Under the pieces are notes generated by a model. The model saw nothing but the letters and a program-made list of their open reading frames with translations. It was not told the origin of the DNA and searched no databases. From Clostridiales bacterium (lineage in GTDB: Bacteria; Bacillota; Clostridia; Christensenellales; Aristaeellaceae): a stretch of DNA of 49,974 nucleotides. Shown here piece after piece: positions 7,033 to 15,670 of this stretch (the first letter of the stretch is position 1; the number at the start of each line of letters is the position of its first letter). The stretch spans positions 1-49,974 of the forward strand of contig JALEIQ010000069.1 in the NCBI GenBank assembly GCA_022769795.1, read 5' to 3'. Position numbers and translations under genes: made by a program.

Positions 7033-8976
7033 ATGCTCAACGCGGAGGTGTGCTCTTTGCCAAATTCCTTTTTGCCCATTACCCCGCAGGAGGTTACCCA
7101 ACGCGGCTGGGACGCTCCTGATTTTGTATACGTCGTGGGGGAAGCCTATGTGGATCACCCCTCTTTTGGCCATGCAATCATCAGCCGCGTGCTGGAAAAC
7201 GCCGGGTATCATATCGCCATGCTCTGCCTGCCGGAATACCACAGCGCCGATGCTTTTAAGCTGTTTGGCCGTCCAAAGCTGGGCTTTCTGGTTTCCTCAG
7301 GCGTAATCGACAGCATGGTTAACCACTATACCGCCGCCAAAAAACGCCGCAATACCGATGTATACGCTCCGGGCGGCCGCGCCGGTCTAAGGCCGGATCG
7401 CGCCGTAACGGTATACTGCAACCGCATTCATGAGGCCTATCCCGGCATACCGGTGCTCATAGGCGGCGTGGAGGCCTCTCTCAGACGTTTTTCGCATTAT
7501 GATTACTGGGACGATAAAGTACGGCGCAGCGTGCTGGTGGATAGCGCCGCCACTTTGCTGATGTACGGCATGGGAGAAAAAAGCATTTTGGACTGCTGCG
7601 ACTGGGTGCGGCGCGGGATGTCCGCGCATGAGCTTGGTCAACTGAGCGGCGTGTGCTATATGGCCAAGGAACCGCCCAAAAACGCGCTGCTGCTGCCCTC
7701 CCATAGCGAGGTTGCCGCCGATCCAAGGGCGTATTGCCGCGCTTTTATGCTGGAATATGAGGAACAGGATCCGGTGCGTGGCCGCGCCCTTTGCCAGCAA
7801 CAGGACAAGCAGCGCTATCTGGTGCAAAACCCGCCCCTGCCTCCGTTAAGCCGCGCGGAGCTGGACGCCGTATACGACCTGCCCTTCACACGCGATGCCC
7901 ATCCCAGCTACCGCGCCCTGGGAGGCGTTCCGGCGTTGAAGGAGGTTCGCTTTTCCCTAAGCGCAACGCGCGGCTGCTTTGGCGCATGCAATTTTTGCGC
8001 GCTCACCTTTCATCAGGGGCGGATTGTCACCTCACGTAGCCAGGAATCCCTGCTGAAAGAGGCGCGCTTGCTAACCACTTTGCCGGATTTCAAAGGCTAT
8101 ATTCATGACGTGGGCGGCCCAACCGCCAATTTTCGCGCCCCCGCGTGCGCAAAGCAGCTGAAAACCGGCGCGTGCAAGAGCCGTCAGTGCTTATATCCCA
8201 AGCCGTGCAAAAATCTAAGCGTAAGCCATACCGAGCTTGTGAACCTGCTGCGAAAAATGCGGGCGCTGCCCAGGGTAAAAAAGGTCTTTATCCGCTCCGG
8301 CATCCGTTTTGATTATCTCATGGCGGACCCCGACGATACTTTTCTGCGCGAGCTTTGCCTTCATCACGTGAGCGGACAGCTCAAGGTAGCGCCGGAGCAC
8401 ATCAGCCAGAACGTGCTTTCCAAAATGGGCAAGCCGCGGCGCGAGGTTTATGAAGCCTTCGTGCGCAAGTATCAGGCTATAAACGAGCGGCTGGGCATGA
8501 AGCAATACCTGGTGCCCTATCTAATGAGCAGCCATCCCGGCAGCACGCTTGCCGATGCGGTGGAGCTGGCCGAATACCTGCGCGATATCGGCCATCAGCC
8601 CGAGCAGGTGCAGGACTTCTACCCCACCCCCGGCACGCTTAGCACCTGCATGTACTACACCGGCCTGGATCCCCGCGATATGACCCCTATGTACGTGCCC
8701 AAAACGCCGCATGAAAAAGCCATGCAGCGCGCGCTGCTCCAGTTCAAAAACCCCGCCAACCATGAGCTGGTGCGCGAGGCTCTGCGCCTTTGCGGCCGCG
8801 ATGATTTGATTGGCTTTGGCGGGAAGGCATTGGTACCGCCGCGCGACGTCAGGCAGCCGCAAAGCCGGGTTCAGCCGAGGCATACCTCGCCCGGCCACTC
8901 CGTGCACAGGCAGCTTCCCTCAGGCAGCAATGGGCATTCCGTCGGGCCTGCCCGCAGGCGCTCCAAGAAGGCTTGA
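7033..8976 (+). CDS. ygiQ: YgiQ-family (UPF0313) radical SAM protein
   Basis: FLPITPQEVTQRGWDAPDFVYVVGEAYVDHPSFGHAII is the conserved YgiQ N-terminus. CFGACNFC is the radical-SAM Cys motif. The start is ambiguous. ATG 7033 lies only about 7 nt after the -10 element. TTG 7057 has GGAGG 8 nt upstream and may be the real start. Confidence 0.85.
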   Translation: MLNAEVCSLPNSFLPITPQEVTQRGWDAPDFVYVVGEAYVDHPSFGHAIISRVLENAGYHIAMLCLPEYHSADAFKLFGRPKLGFLVSSGVIDSMVNHYTAAKKRRNTDVYAPGGRAGLRPDRAVTVYCNRIHEAYPGIPVLIGGVEASLRRFSHYDYWDDKVRRSVLVDSAATLLMYGMGEKSILDCCDWVRRGMSAHELGQLSGVCYMAKEPPKNALLLPSHSEVAADPRAYCRAFMLEYEEQDPVRGRALCQQQDKQRYLVQNPPLPPLSRAELDAVYDLPFTRDAHPSYRALGGVPALKEVRFSLSATRGCFGACNFCALTFHQGRIVTSRSQESLLKEARLLTTLPDFKGYIHDVGGPTANFRAPACAKQLKTGACKSRQCLYPKPCKNLSVSHTELVNLLRKMRALPRVKKVFIRSGIRFDYLMADPDDTFLRELCLHHVSGQLKVAPEHISQNVLSKMGKPRREVYEAFVRKYQAINERLGMKQYLVPYLMSSHPGSTLADAVELAEYLRDIGHQPEQVQDFYPTPGTLSTCMYYTGLDPRDMTPMYVPKTPHEKAMQRALLQFKNPANHELVREALRLCGRDDLIGFGGKALVPPRDVRQPQSRVQPRHTSPGHSVHRQLPSGSNGHSVGPARRRSKKA

Positions 8977-9046
8977 GAAAGCGCCTGCCTCACTTGGGGC
9001 TGGCGCTTCGGCGATCTGCTTTCTTAATAAGTTTTTCAACAGTTAA

Positions 9047-9075
9047 AGCCCCGCCGGCACAAACCCGGCGGGGCT
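9047..9075. terminator. Hairpin between convergent genes
   Basis: 11-bp stem AGCCCCGCCGG / CCGGCGGGGCT with a 7-nt loop. The U-tracts are weak. Confidence 0.45.
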
Positions 9076-9080
9076 CTAGC

Positions 9081-9830
9081 TTATTCTTCTTTCATTGCGC
9101 TGAGCAGCTCTGCCGGTGCGAAGGGAAACCTTAGCACGCCGGCAATTTCACCCGCGATCTCCCCGGCCTGGATAAAGAATACCACGTTTCCATCCGCGTC
9201 CAAATAGAAATCGGTTTCGGGGCTGAACGCCATGCGCAGCTCCGCCTCCGTAAGGCCGTCCAGGTAATCGCCATCCGCATTTTGACTGTCGCGCTCAACA
9301 ATCTGCCAAACCAGTCGGTACGCCAGCATTTCGGTAACGCTGGCCTCGTCGCTCAATTCGCCGCCCTCCTGCTCAAGCCCCAAAACCTGGGAAAGCGTAA
9401 CGGGCTGTCCTGCGTACATGCCGTCCCTGGCAAAGGTATCGGCGGAGAGGCTCGCGCTTTCCCCGTTGCCTCCCATCGTTGTGGAGGTCAGGGCCACGCT
9501 GATGTAGCGCGCATCGTTATGGGTGACTTCAAAGCTGATTTCAGCGTCCACAGGCATTTCAAGCGCTTCCATGTCCTGCGCCAGCGCCTGGTAGTAGGCG
9601 TTGATAGCCTGATCCGCGTCCAGCCAGGCTTCAAACTGCGGATAGGTGTAACGCAGGCAGGCGCTTGCCGTCCCATCCTGCGCAGCCCATGTGCGGCTGC
9701 CGGTAAGGGGTGTGGCAAGCGGCAGGCCCATCTGAGGCTGCACTGTTGCCTCCGGCTGGGTCAGGGCAAGGCCCGTCGTGCCAAGCAACATTCCCAGCAC
9801 CATCAGCAACGCCGCAGCCATGCGTTTCAT
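9081..9830 (-). CDS. Secreted DUF4163/DUF3298-like (RsiV/PdaC-type) domain protein
   Basis: A signal peptide is present. YTYPQF...AINAYY and the C-terminal FYLDADGNVVFFIQAGEIAG...FPFAPAEL resemble DUF4163 plus DUF3298. RBS GGGAGG precedes the start. Confidence 0.55.
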   Translation of the reverse strand: MKRMAAALLMVLGMLLGTTGLALTQPEATVQPQMGLPLATPLTGSRTWAAQDGTASACLRYTYPQFEAWLDADQAINAYYQALAQDMEALEMPVDAEISFEVTHNDARYISVALTSTTMGGNGESASLSADTFARDGMYAGQPVTLSQVLGLEQEGGELSDEASVTEMLAYRLVWQIVERDSQNADGDYLDGLTEAELRMAFSPETDFYLDADGNVVFFIQAGEIAGEIAGVLRFPFAPAELLSAMKEE

Positions 9831-9843
9831 TTTTTACCTCCCA

Positions 9844-10887
9844 TTAGCCCTGAGAGAGCTCGTTGGCAACGAAACTGTTCTGCAGGTAGGAATTGTACAT
9901 GATGTACTGGCTCATAAGCTCCGTGCGGTAGCGAAGCTGCGCCTGATAGATGTACTCGTCGGTAACAATGTACACGTCAAACACCGCAAAGCCATCGTCC
10001 GTGGTATAGGATACGGTGCCGGACTGCAATTCCTCGCTCACGGTAGAAACGCTGCCGGTGATGCCGTTAGCCACGATGCTCACATAATCGGTCAGGCTTG
10101 CGCCATTGGTGTTCTCCACGCGCTTGGCAAAGAAACTCGCGCTTTCGTCCGGCAGGGTGGCGGACACGCCTTCCTCGTTTTCAACCAGCAGTTCATCCGT
10201 AAACACGGAGGGATACAGCAGCGTAAAGCCCAGCTTGCTCTCGTACTCCACGCAGATCTGCTCGTCATAAACCTGCATGACTTCCTCCAGCGCCAGGTCG
10301 GTACCCACGGAATAGCCCATCAGGCGGAAGCCGTTAAGAGCCGTATCATCGCTCTGGAAGGTAAAGGCGGCGCGGTCAAGGAGCTGAACGTTGGTGTAAT
10401 CCGTGCTGGTCATCTCGCTGATGGGCTTATCAGCCATGTATACCTCGCCAACGATCTGCACGCTTTTGCCGTCCGTACCGCTAATCACAGATACGGGGAT
10501 GAAGCCAATGTAGCCGTTCACATCGCTGGTTCCAGCAACGGGCTCCAACTGGGGAAGCTGGGCCGCGAAGATTTTGCCCAGCAGCTCGGACTGGGAAGCC
10601 GTATTCTCCAGCATATCGCTGGTAACGCCAATCGACGAGCCATACGCCGCGCCCACTTTGAAGAACGCGTCGGTGAAGGAAGCCGTCAGGCTGCCATCCG
10701 CGCCCGGCACGCTTTCCGGCGCATTGGGAGAATACTGCGAAGCAGCGCAAACCAAATCCATAACCGGAGTGAGGGCCTCAAAATCCGCCACGTTCCCAGC
10801 AGATTCAGCCGCCGCGCCGGTAAGCGCCAGCAACATGCACAGCGCCATTACCAGGGAAAGCACCTTTTGTACTGTGTGTTTCATCAT
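9844..10887 (-). CDS. Secreted hypothetical protein
   Basis: The start is set at MMKHTVQKVLSLVMALCMLLALTGAAAES (signal peptide) with AGGAGG 9 nt upstream. The upstream 56 codons of the ORF track are Arg/Gly-rich leader. It lies 13 nt upstream of the next gene, so the two are probably one operon. Confidence 0.6.
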   Translation of the reverse strand: MMKHTVQKVLSLVMALCMLLALTGAAAESAGNVADFEALTPVMDLVCAASQYSPNAPESVPGADGSLTASFTDAFFKVGAAYGSSIGVTSDMLENTASQSELLGKIFAAQLPQLEPVAGTSDVNGYIGFIPVSVISGTDGKSVQIVGEVYMADKPISEMTSTDYTNVQLLDRAAFTFQSDDTALNGFRLMGYSVGTDLALEEVMQVYDEQICVEYESKLGFTLLYPSVFTDELLVENEEGVSATLPDESASFFAKRVENTNGASLTDYVSIVANGITGSVSTVSEELQSGTVSYTTDDGFAVFDVYIVTDEYIYQAQLRYRTELMSQYIMYNSYLQNSFVANELSQG

Positions 10888-10961
10888 CGTTGTCATCCTC
10901 CTCATATTGCAGCCCGGCCTCTTTGCCGGTTCATCCCATACAACGCGCCAGCCTGGGCGTT

Positions 10962-11816
10962 TCATCCATGTTTCGCAATATATTCCGCCGCGGCTATGGC
11001 GGCAATGTTGCCCTCCCCCACAGCCTTGGGCACCTGCAGGGGCTTGCCCGTACAATCGCCCGCCGCAAAAACGCCGGGCACATTGGTGCGCATGCTGCGA
11101 TCCACCGGGATATAGCTGCCCTCCGTGCGCAATTCCGGCATGAGCATATCCAGCGGCATTGCCGCGCGGAACACAAAAATGCCATCGTAACGGTGGTCCG
11201 CCAAATCCGTGCGCAGCACCAACCCCCCGCCGTCGCGGCTGATGCTCCTTGGCTTTTCCCGAATCAGCCGCGCTTTTTCGGGCAGCTGGCCGGTATTGTG
11301 AGCCTTTAGCTGGTAGTATTCCAGCTCGCCCGCCAGCCCCGCCAGGAACGCGCTTTCCTCCACCCCCTGCATGGAGGTGGAAAGCACCGCGATACGCTTT
11401 CCCCGGTAAAACATGCCGTCGCAGGTAGCGCAGTAGCTTACGCCGCGTCCCAACTGTTCCGCTTCTCCGGGCAGCAGCACGGGCCGGGCGGCCCCCATTG
11501 CAAGCACCACGGTGCGGCTTTCCATCACGTCGTTTTCTACCAGAAGCATAAAGCCGTCGCCCTGCCGCATGATCTGCCTCACAAGGCCGGTGCGTTCCTC
11601 CGCTCCCAGCGCTAGCGCCTGAGCGCGAAAGCTATCCAGCATCTGCACGCCGGATGCCTGAGGCATGCCCGGATAGTTGTCAATTCTCTCCGCGGTTCGC
11701 AGAAACCCCGTATCGTTTACGGGAGCCACTACCACCGTGGAAAGGCCGCGCATACGTGCCGTCATCGCGCAGGACCAGCCTGCGGGGCCCTTTCCAATGA
11801 TTGTAATGTCCGTCAT
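10962..11816 (-). CDS. Thioredoxin-reductase-like flavoprotein (CATC redox centre) lacking NADPH-binding motifs
   Basis: IIGKGPAG (FAD GxGxxG), SYCATCDG and GVFAAGDC match TrxB. Where TrxB has GGGNSA and HRRxxxR, this protein has STSMQG and QLKAHNT. The start is MTDITIIG (ATG 11816) after GGGAGG. Confidence 0.75.
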   Translation of the reverse strand: MTDITIIGKGPAGWSCAMTARMRGLSTVVVAPVNDTGFLRTAERIDNYPGMPQASGVQMLDSFRAQALALGAEERTGLVRQIMRQGDGFMLLVENDVMESRTVVLAMGAARPVLLPGEAEQLGRGVSYCATCDGMFYRGKRIAVLSTSMQGVEESAFLAGLAGELEYYQLKAHNTGQLPEKARLIREKPRSISRDGGGLVLRTDLADHRYDGIFVFRAAMPLDMLMPELRTEGSYIPVDRSMRTNVPGVFAAGDCTGKPLQVPKAVGEGNIAAIAAAEYIAKHG

Positions 11817-11862
11817 GCTGCCTCCCATTGGCGTAGGATATAAGAATCCTCCACCTTGAATA

Positions 11863-11891
11863 AGTATATCAAAATCATTAAAATAATTCAA
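11863..11891 (-). promoter_or_regulatory. Sigma-A promoter of the TrxR-like gene
   Basis: On the - strand: TTGAAT, 17-nt spacer, TATACT. Confidence 0.45.
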
Positions 11892-11996
11892 GTGTTTCGG
11901 AATGTATATAACAAATGTGTTACAATTTTAATCGCCTTTTCTATCCTTTTTTCGATGACAAGCCCCATATTTTCCCTCCGCAGCGCCTTTTTAAAC

Positions 11997-12036
11997 GAGC
12001 CGCCGCACCAGTCCTGATGGAGTGGCACGGCGGCTC
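11997..12036 (-). terminator. Possible clpX terminator hairpin
   Basis: 9-bp stem GAGCCGCCG / CGGCGGCTC, followed on the - strand by only GTTT. Confidence 0.3.
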
Positions 12037-12099
12037 TATAGCTGCCTTTCAGGTTTTGCTCTTGGCCTGCTTCTTTCAAAAATGTAGGCCATCATTCTG

Positions 12100-13434
12100 T
12101 TAGGATACGCTTTGGCTGCCGCTTTCCGCCTTGGCCGCCTTCTTTTCAGCGGCCGCGCGGCCGCGCAGCTTTTTCGGCTGCGCTCCGTCGCACAGCACCA
12201 GCTTAGGCTTCTCCTTGCCCAGCACGCATTTTTCCGTAATGATGCACTGCTTCACATCGCTGCGGGAAGGCAGGTCAAACATCACATCCATCAGCAGGCC
12301 CTCAATAATGGCTCTCAGGCCGCGCGCGCCGCTCTTACGTTCAATCGCCTGCTTGGCGATGTGCTTGAGCGCCGCGGGCTCAAACCGCAGCTCTACGCCG
12401 TCCAAATCCATCAAGTAGCCATACTGGCGCACCAAAGCGTTTCGCGGCTCGGTCAAAATCTTCACCAGCTGCGCTTCATCCAGCTGATCCAGCGTAACCA
12501 CAATGGGCAGCCTGCCCACAAATTCCGGAATCAAGCCAAACTTGATTAAATCCTCCGGCCTTAGCTGTTTGAGCGTGGCGTTGAGGTTTTCCTCCTGCTT
12601 GCTCTTGAGCTCGCTGCCAAAGCCCAGCGCCTTCTTGCCAATGCGGTTCTCAATGATGGGAGCCAGACCATCAAACGCGCCGCCGCAAATGAACAGGATA
12701 TTTGTGGTATCGATCTGGATGAACTCCTGATGGGGATGCTTGCGCCCGCCCTGAGGCGGCACACTGGCGATGGTGCCCTCCAGGATTTTAAGCAGCGTCT
12801 GCTGCACGCCCTCGCCGCTCACATCCCTTGTGATGGAGGGATTCTCGCTCTTGCGGGCAATCTTGTCGATCTCATCGATGTAGATGATGCCTCGCTGCGC
12901 CAGCGGGATATCATAATCCGCGTTCTGAATCAACCGCAGCAGGATATTCTCCACATCCTCGCCCACATAACCGGCCTCCGTCAGGCTGGTAGCATCCGCG
13001 ATAGCGAAAGGCACGCGCAAAAGCTTTGCCAGCGTCTGCGCCAAAAACGTTTTGCCGCAGCCCGTAGGGCCCACCATAAGGATGTTGCTCTTTTGCAGCT
13101 CCACATCGCCCTCGGCGGCGGGCGCGTCAATGCGCTTGTAGTGATTATAGACCGCCACGCTCAACGCGCGCTTGGCGTCCTCCTGGCCAATGACGTACTG
13201 ATCCAGCACCTCTTTAATCTCGCGTGGGCGCGGGATTTCAGCGGAGTTGATGCTAACTCCGGCATTGAAGTCGTCGCTGATGATCTCCTGGCACAGGAGA
13301 ATGCACTCGTTGCAGATCTGTACATTGGGCCCTGCCACCATGCGGCGTACCTGCTCGCTGGTTTTACCGCAGAAGCTGCACCGTTTCAGCTTGGGAATGC
13401 GGGGGTTGAAATCATCTCCCGGCAATGCTGTCAC
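12100..13434 (-). CDS. clpX: ATP-dependent Clp protease ATP-binding subunit ClpX
   Basis: Zinc finger CSFCGK...CNEC, Walker A GPTGCGKT, and full-length similarity to ClpX. The start is GTG 13434, or TTG 13425 which has GAGGTG 6 nt upstream. Confidence 0.95.
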   Translation of the reverse strand: MTALPGDDFNPRIPKLKRCSFCGKTSEQVRRMVAGPNVQICNECILLCQEIISDDFNAGVSINSAEIPRPREIKEVLDQYVIGQEDAKRALSVAVYNHYKRIDAPAAEGDVELQKSNILMVGPTGCGKTFLAQTLAKLLRVPFAIADATSLTEAGYVGEDVENILLRLIQNADYDIPLAQRGIIYIDEIDKIARKSENPSITRDVSGEGVQQTLLKILEGTIASVPPQGGRKHPHQEFIQIDTTNILFICGGAFDGLAPIIENRIGKKALGFGSELKSKQEENLNATLKQLRPEDLIKFGLIPEFVGRLPIVVTLDQLDEAQLVKILTEPRNALVRQYGYLMDLDGVELRFEPAALKHIAKQAIERKSGARGLRAIIEGLLMDVMFDLPSRSDVKQCIITEKCVLGKEKPKLVLCDGAQPKKLRGRAAAEKKAAKAESGSQSVS

Positions 13435-13461
13435 CTCGTTTGATAGAATGCCGCAGGCGCC

Positions 13462-14052
13462 TTACTTTGCGCTGCGCGGACGGTAGATTTCGTCGATCAC
13501 GCCATAGGCCAGGCCTTCCTCGGCGCTCATGAAGTAATCGCGTTCCACATCCTGCTTCAAGCGTTCCAGAGGCTGGCCCGTCATCTCGGCCATCATGCGG
13601 GTCATCTTTTCCTTCGTTTTCATCAGCCATTCGGCACGAATGGCCACGTCCGTCGCCTGTCCGCTGGCGCCGCCAAGCGGCTGATGGATCATAATTTCGC
13701 TGTTGGGCAGCGCCAGGCGCTTCCCCTTCTGCCCGGCCATCAGCAAAAACGCGCCCATGCTGGCCGCCATACCGACGCACACCGTGCGCACATCGCACTT
13801 GATGTAGTTCATGGTGTCATAGATAGCCATACCGGCGGTTACGCTGCCGCCGGGGCTGTTGATGTACAGGGAGATATCCGAATCTGGGTTTTCCATCTCC
13901 AGGAACAAAAGCTGGGCCACAACCAGGTTGGCCACATCATCGTCAATTTCGCCGCCAAGGAAGACGATACGGTCTTTCAAAAGGCGCGAATAGATATCGA
14001 ACGAACGTTCACCGCGATTGGTCTGTTCAATAACCATTGGGATCAAGCTCAT
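13462..14052 (-). CDS. clpP: ATP-dependent Clp protease proteolytic subunit ClpP
   Basis: [32 protein letters not shown]..., catalytic GMAASMG, and RBS GGAGGAG upstream of ATG 14052. Confidence 0.95.
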   Translation of the reverse strand: MSLIPMVIEQTNRGERSFDIYSRLLKDRIVFLGGEIDDDVANLVVAQLLFLEMENPDSDISLYINSPGGSVTAGMAIYDTMNYIKCDVRTVCVGMAASMGAFLLMAGQKGKRLALPNSEIMIHQPLGGASGQATDVAIRAEWLMKTKEKMTRMMAEMTGQPLERLKQDVERDYFMSAEEGLAYGVIDEIYRPRSAK

Positions 14053-14090
14053 ACCGTTCACTCCTCCGTATGCATTGCTTTCCTTTTTGA

Positions 14091-14144
14091 AAAGCGCGCA
14101 CCGCAAGCTATACCCTCAAAGCATATGCATGCGGTGCGCGCTTT
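14091..14144 (-). terminator. Large hairpin between tig and clpP (partial terminator / processing site?)
   Basis: 12 to 14-bp GC-rich stem AAAGCGCGCACCGC / GCGGTGCGCGCTTT with a 26-nt loop. Only a short U-run follows on the - strand. Confidence 0.4.
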
Positions 14145-14156
14145 ATGCGTGCCTTA

Positions 14157-15539
14157 TCAGGCTTCGGCTTCGGTATCGGCTTCCTTCTTCGCCGCGCGCC
14201 GGCGGGGCTTCTTTTCCTCGGGCTCAGCCTTCGCTTCGGTTTCGGGCTCGTCGGTTACTTTCGCGTTTTCCCAGAGCATATCCAGGGCCTTGGTCACGCT
14301 GGCGCGGTGCTTGAAATAGTCAAGCTGCTCGTCGCCAAAGCTTTCTTTGAGCTTTTCCACCGTCTGCTGCATAGAGGAGGCATAGCCTTCCAGCAGCTTA
14401 TCCACGTCCGCGTCCTCTGCCTCGATCTTTTCAGCCTTCACGATCTCGTCCATGACAAGCTCGGTCTTTACGCTGTTGAGCGCCTCGGAACGGTAGATGT
14501 TGCGCATTTCCGCCTCGGTCTGGCCCAGCATACGCAGGTACTGCTCCATGCTGAAGCCCTGCTGCTGCATGCGCCAGCCCATTTCCTGCATCATTTCGTC
14601 CAGCTTTTCCTCCACCATCACGTCGGGAATGTCAACCTCGGCATTCTCCACAACGGTGTTCACCAGCGCCTGACGGGCGGCCTCATCAGCCTGCGCGTCG
14701 GCGGCTTCCTGCATATGCTTCTCCAAATCGGCGCGGTATTCAGCCAGGGTGTCAAAGTCGCTCACCTCAGCGGCGAACTCGTCGTCCAACTCAGGCAGCT
14801 CCTCGCGCGTGATCGCATGCAACTTCACATGGAACACAGCGTCCTTGCCCTTGAGATTTTCCGCATGGTATTCCTCGGGGAACTTTACGTTCAGGTCGCG
14901 TTCCTCGCCGATCTGCATGCCCACCATCTGCTCCTCAAAGCCCGGGATAAAGCTGCCGGAGCCGATTACCAGGGACTGATGCTCCGCGGTGCCGCCCTCA
15001 AACTTTTCGCCGTCCACGCTGCCGCTGTAATCCAGCTCGGCCTTCTCGCCGTTTTCCAGAGCACGGTCGGTTACGTCAACGCTGCGGGCAACGCGCTTGC
15101 GCTCCTGCTCAATGCGGGCGTCCACTTCCTCATCCGTTACCTTGCGAGTCTTCTTGGATACTTCCACGCCCTTGTATTCGCCCAGCTTTACATCGGGTAC
15201 CACAAACACGTCGCAGCTGAATACAAGATCCTTGCCCGCCTCCATCTGCTCCACCTTGTCCAGCTCGGGGCGGCCTACGGGCTTCAAATCATTTTCCTTA
15301 ACGGCGGTCATATAGGCGTCCGGAAAAAGCAGATCCATCGCGTCCTCATAGAAAACACCGGCGCCATACATACGCTCAATCAGCTTACGGGGGGCCTTTC
15401 CCTTGCGGAAGCCAGGCACGCTGATTTGTCCGCGCAGCTTGAGATAGGCCTTTTCAATCGCCTGATCAAAATCGGCGGCGGGTACATTAAACGAAATCTT
15501 AACTTTGTTTCCGGAGATTTTTTCCACCGTGTGTTCCAT
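14157..15539 (-). CDS. tig: Trigger factor
   Basis: MEHTVEKISGNKVKISFNV...PGFRKGKAPRKLIE signature. RBS AGGAGGAAA precedes ATG 15539. Confidence 0.95.
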   Translation of the reverse strand: MEHTVEKISGNKVKISFNVPAADFDQAIEKAYLKLRGQISVPGFRKGKAPRKLIERMYGAGVFYEDAMDLLFPDAYMTAVKENDLKPVGRPELDKVEQMEAGKDLVFSCDVFVVPDVKLGEYKGVEVSKKTRKVTDEEVDARIEQERKRVARSVDVTDRALENGEKAELDYSGSVDGEKFEGGTAEHQSLVIGSGSFIPGFEEQMVGMQIGEERDLNVKFPEEYHAENLKGKDAVFHVKLHAITREELPELDDEFAAEVSDFDTLAEYRADLEKHMQEAADAQADEAARQALVNTVVENAEVDIPDVMVEEKLDEMMQEMGWRMQQQGFSMEQYLRMLGQTEAEMRNIYRSEALNSVKTELVMDEIVKAEKIEAEDADVDKLLEGYASSMQQTVEKLKESFGDEQLDYFKHRASVTKALDMLWENAKVTDEPETEAKAEPEEKKPRRRAAKKEADTEAEA

Positions 15540-15600
15540 GTGCTTTCCTCCTGAGGCATCCAAATGCCATAACCAAATTTATCAAAGAGCACCATTTGAC

Positions 15601-15629
15601 AGTATACCATTGTTTTCGAGCGCGTGCAA
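15601..15629 (-). promoter_or_regulatory. Sigma-A promoter of tig-clpP-clpX
   Basis: On the - strand: TTGCAC, 17-nt spacer, TATACT, with an upstream TGg (extended -10). Confidence 0.5.
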
Positions 15630-15670
15630 GAGCCGAATACCGGGTTTTGCGCAAATTCGGGAGCAAAAGC

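Noticed and set aside
11915-12103. 62-aa + strand ORF and the full 63-aa - strand ORF (11888..12079) in the AT-rich spacer.
   Set aside because: Neither start has an RBS. The region contains the clpX hairpin and the TrxR-like promoter. Only the last 26 codons of the - strand ORF have an SD, and that is reported separately at low interest.
14053-14156. CtsR operator (tandem GGTCAAA) upstream of clpP.
   Set aside because: No GGTCAAA heptad repeat is present in this spacer or upstream of tig.
14145-15554. Long ORFs antisense to real genes. Examples: 14145..15554 opposite tig, 260..1252, 9778..11115, 12730..13443, 26195..26950, 28808..29653, 33864..34703, 36264..37670, 40659..41417.
   Set aside because: Their translations are Arg/Ala/Gly/His-rich and low in complexity, with no RBS and no recognisable motifs. 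They are the expected stop-poor antisense frames of GC-rich coding DNA opposite genes with strong homology signatures.
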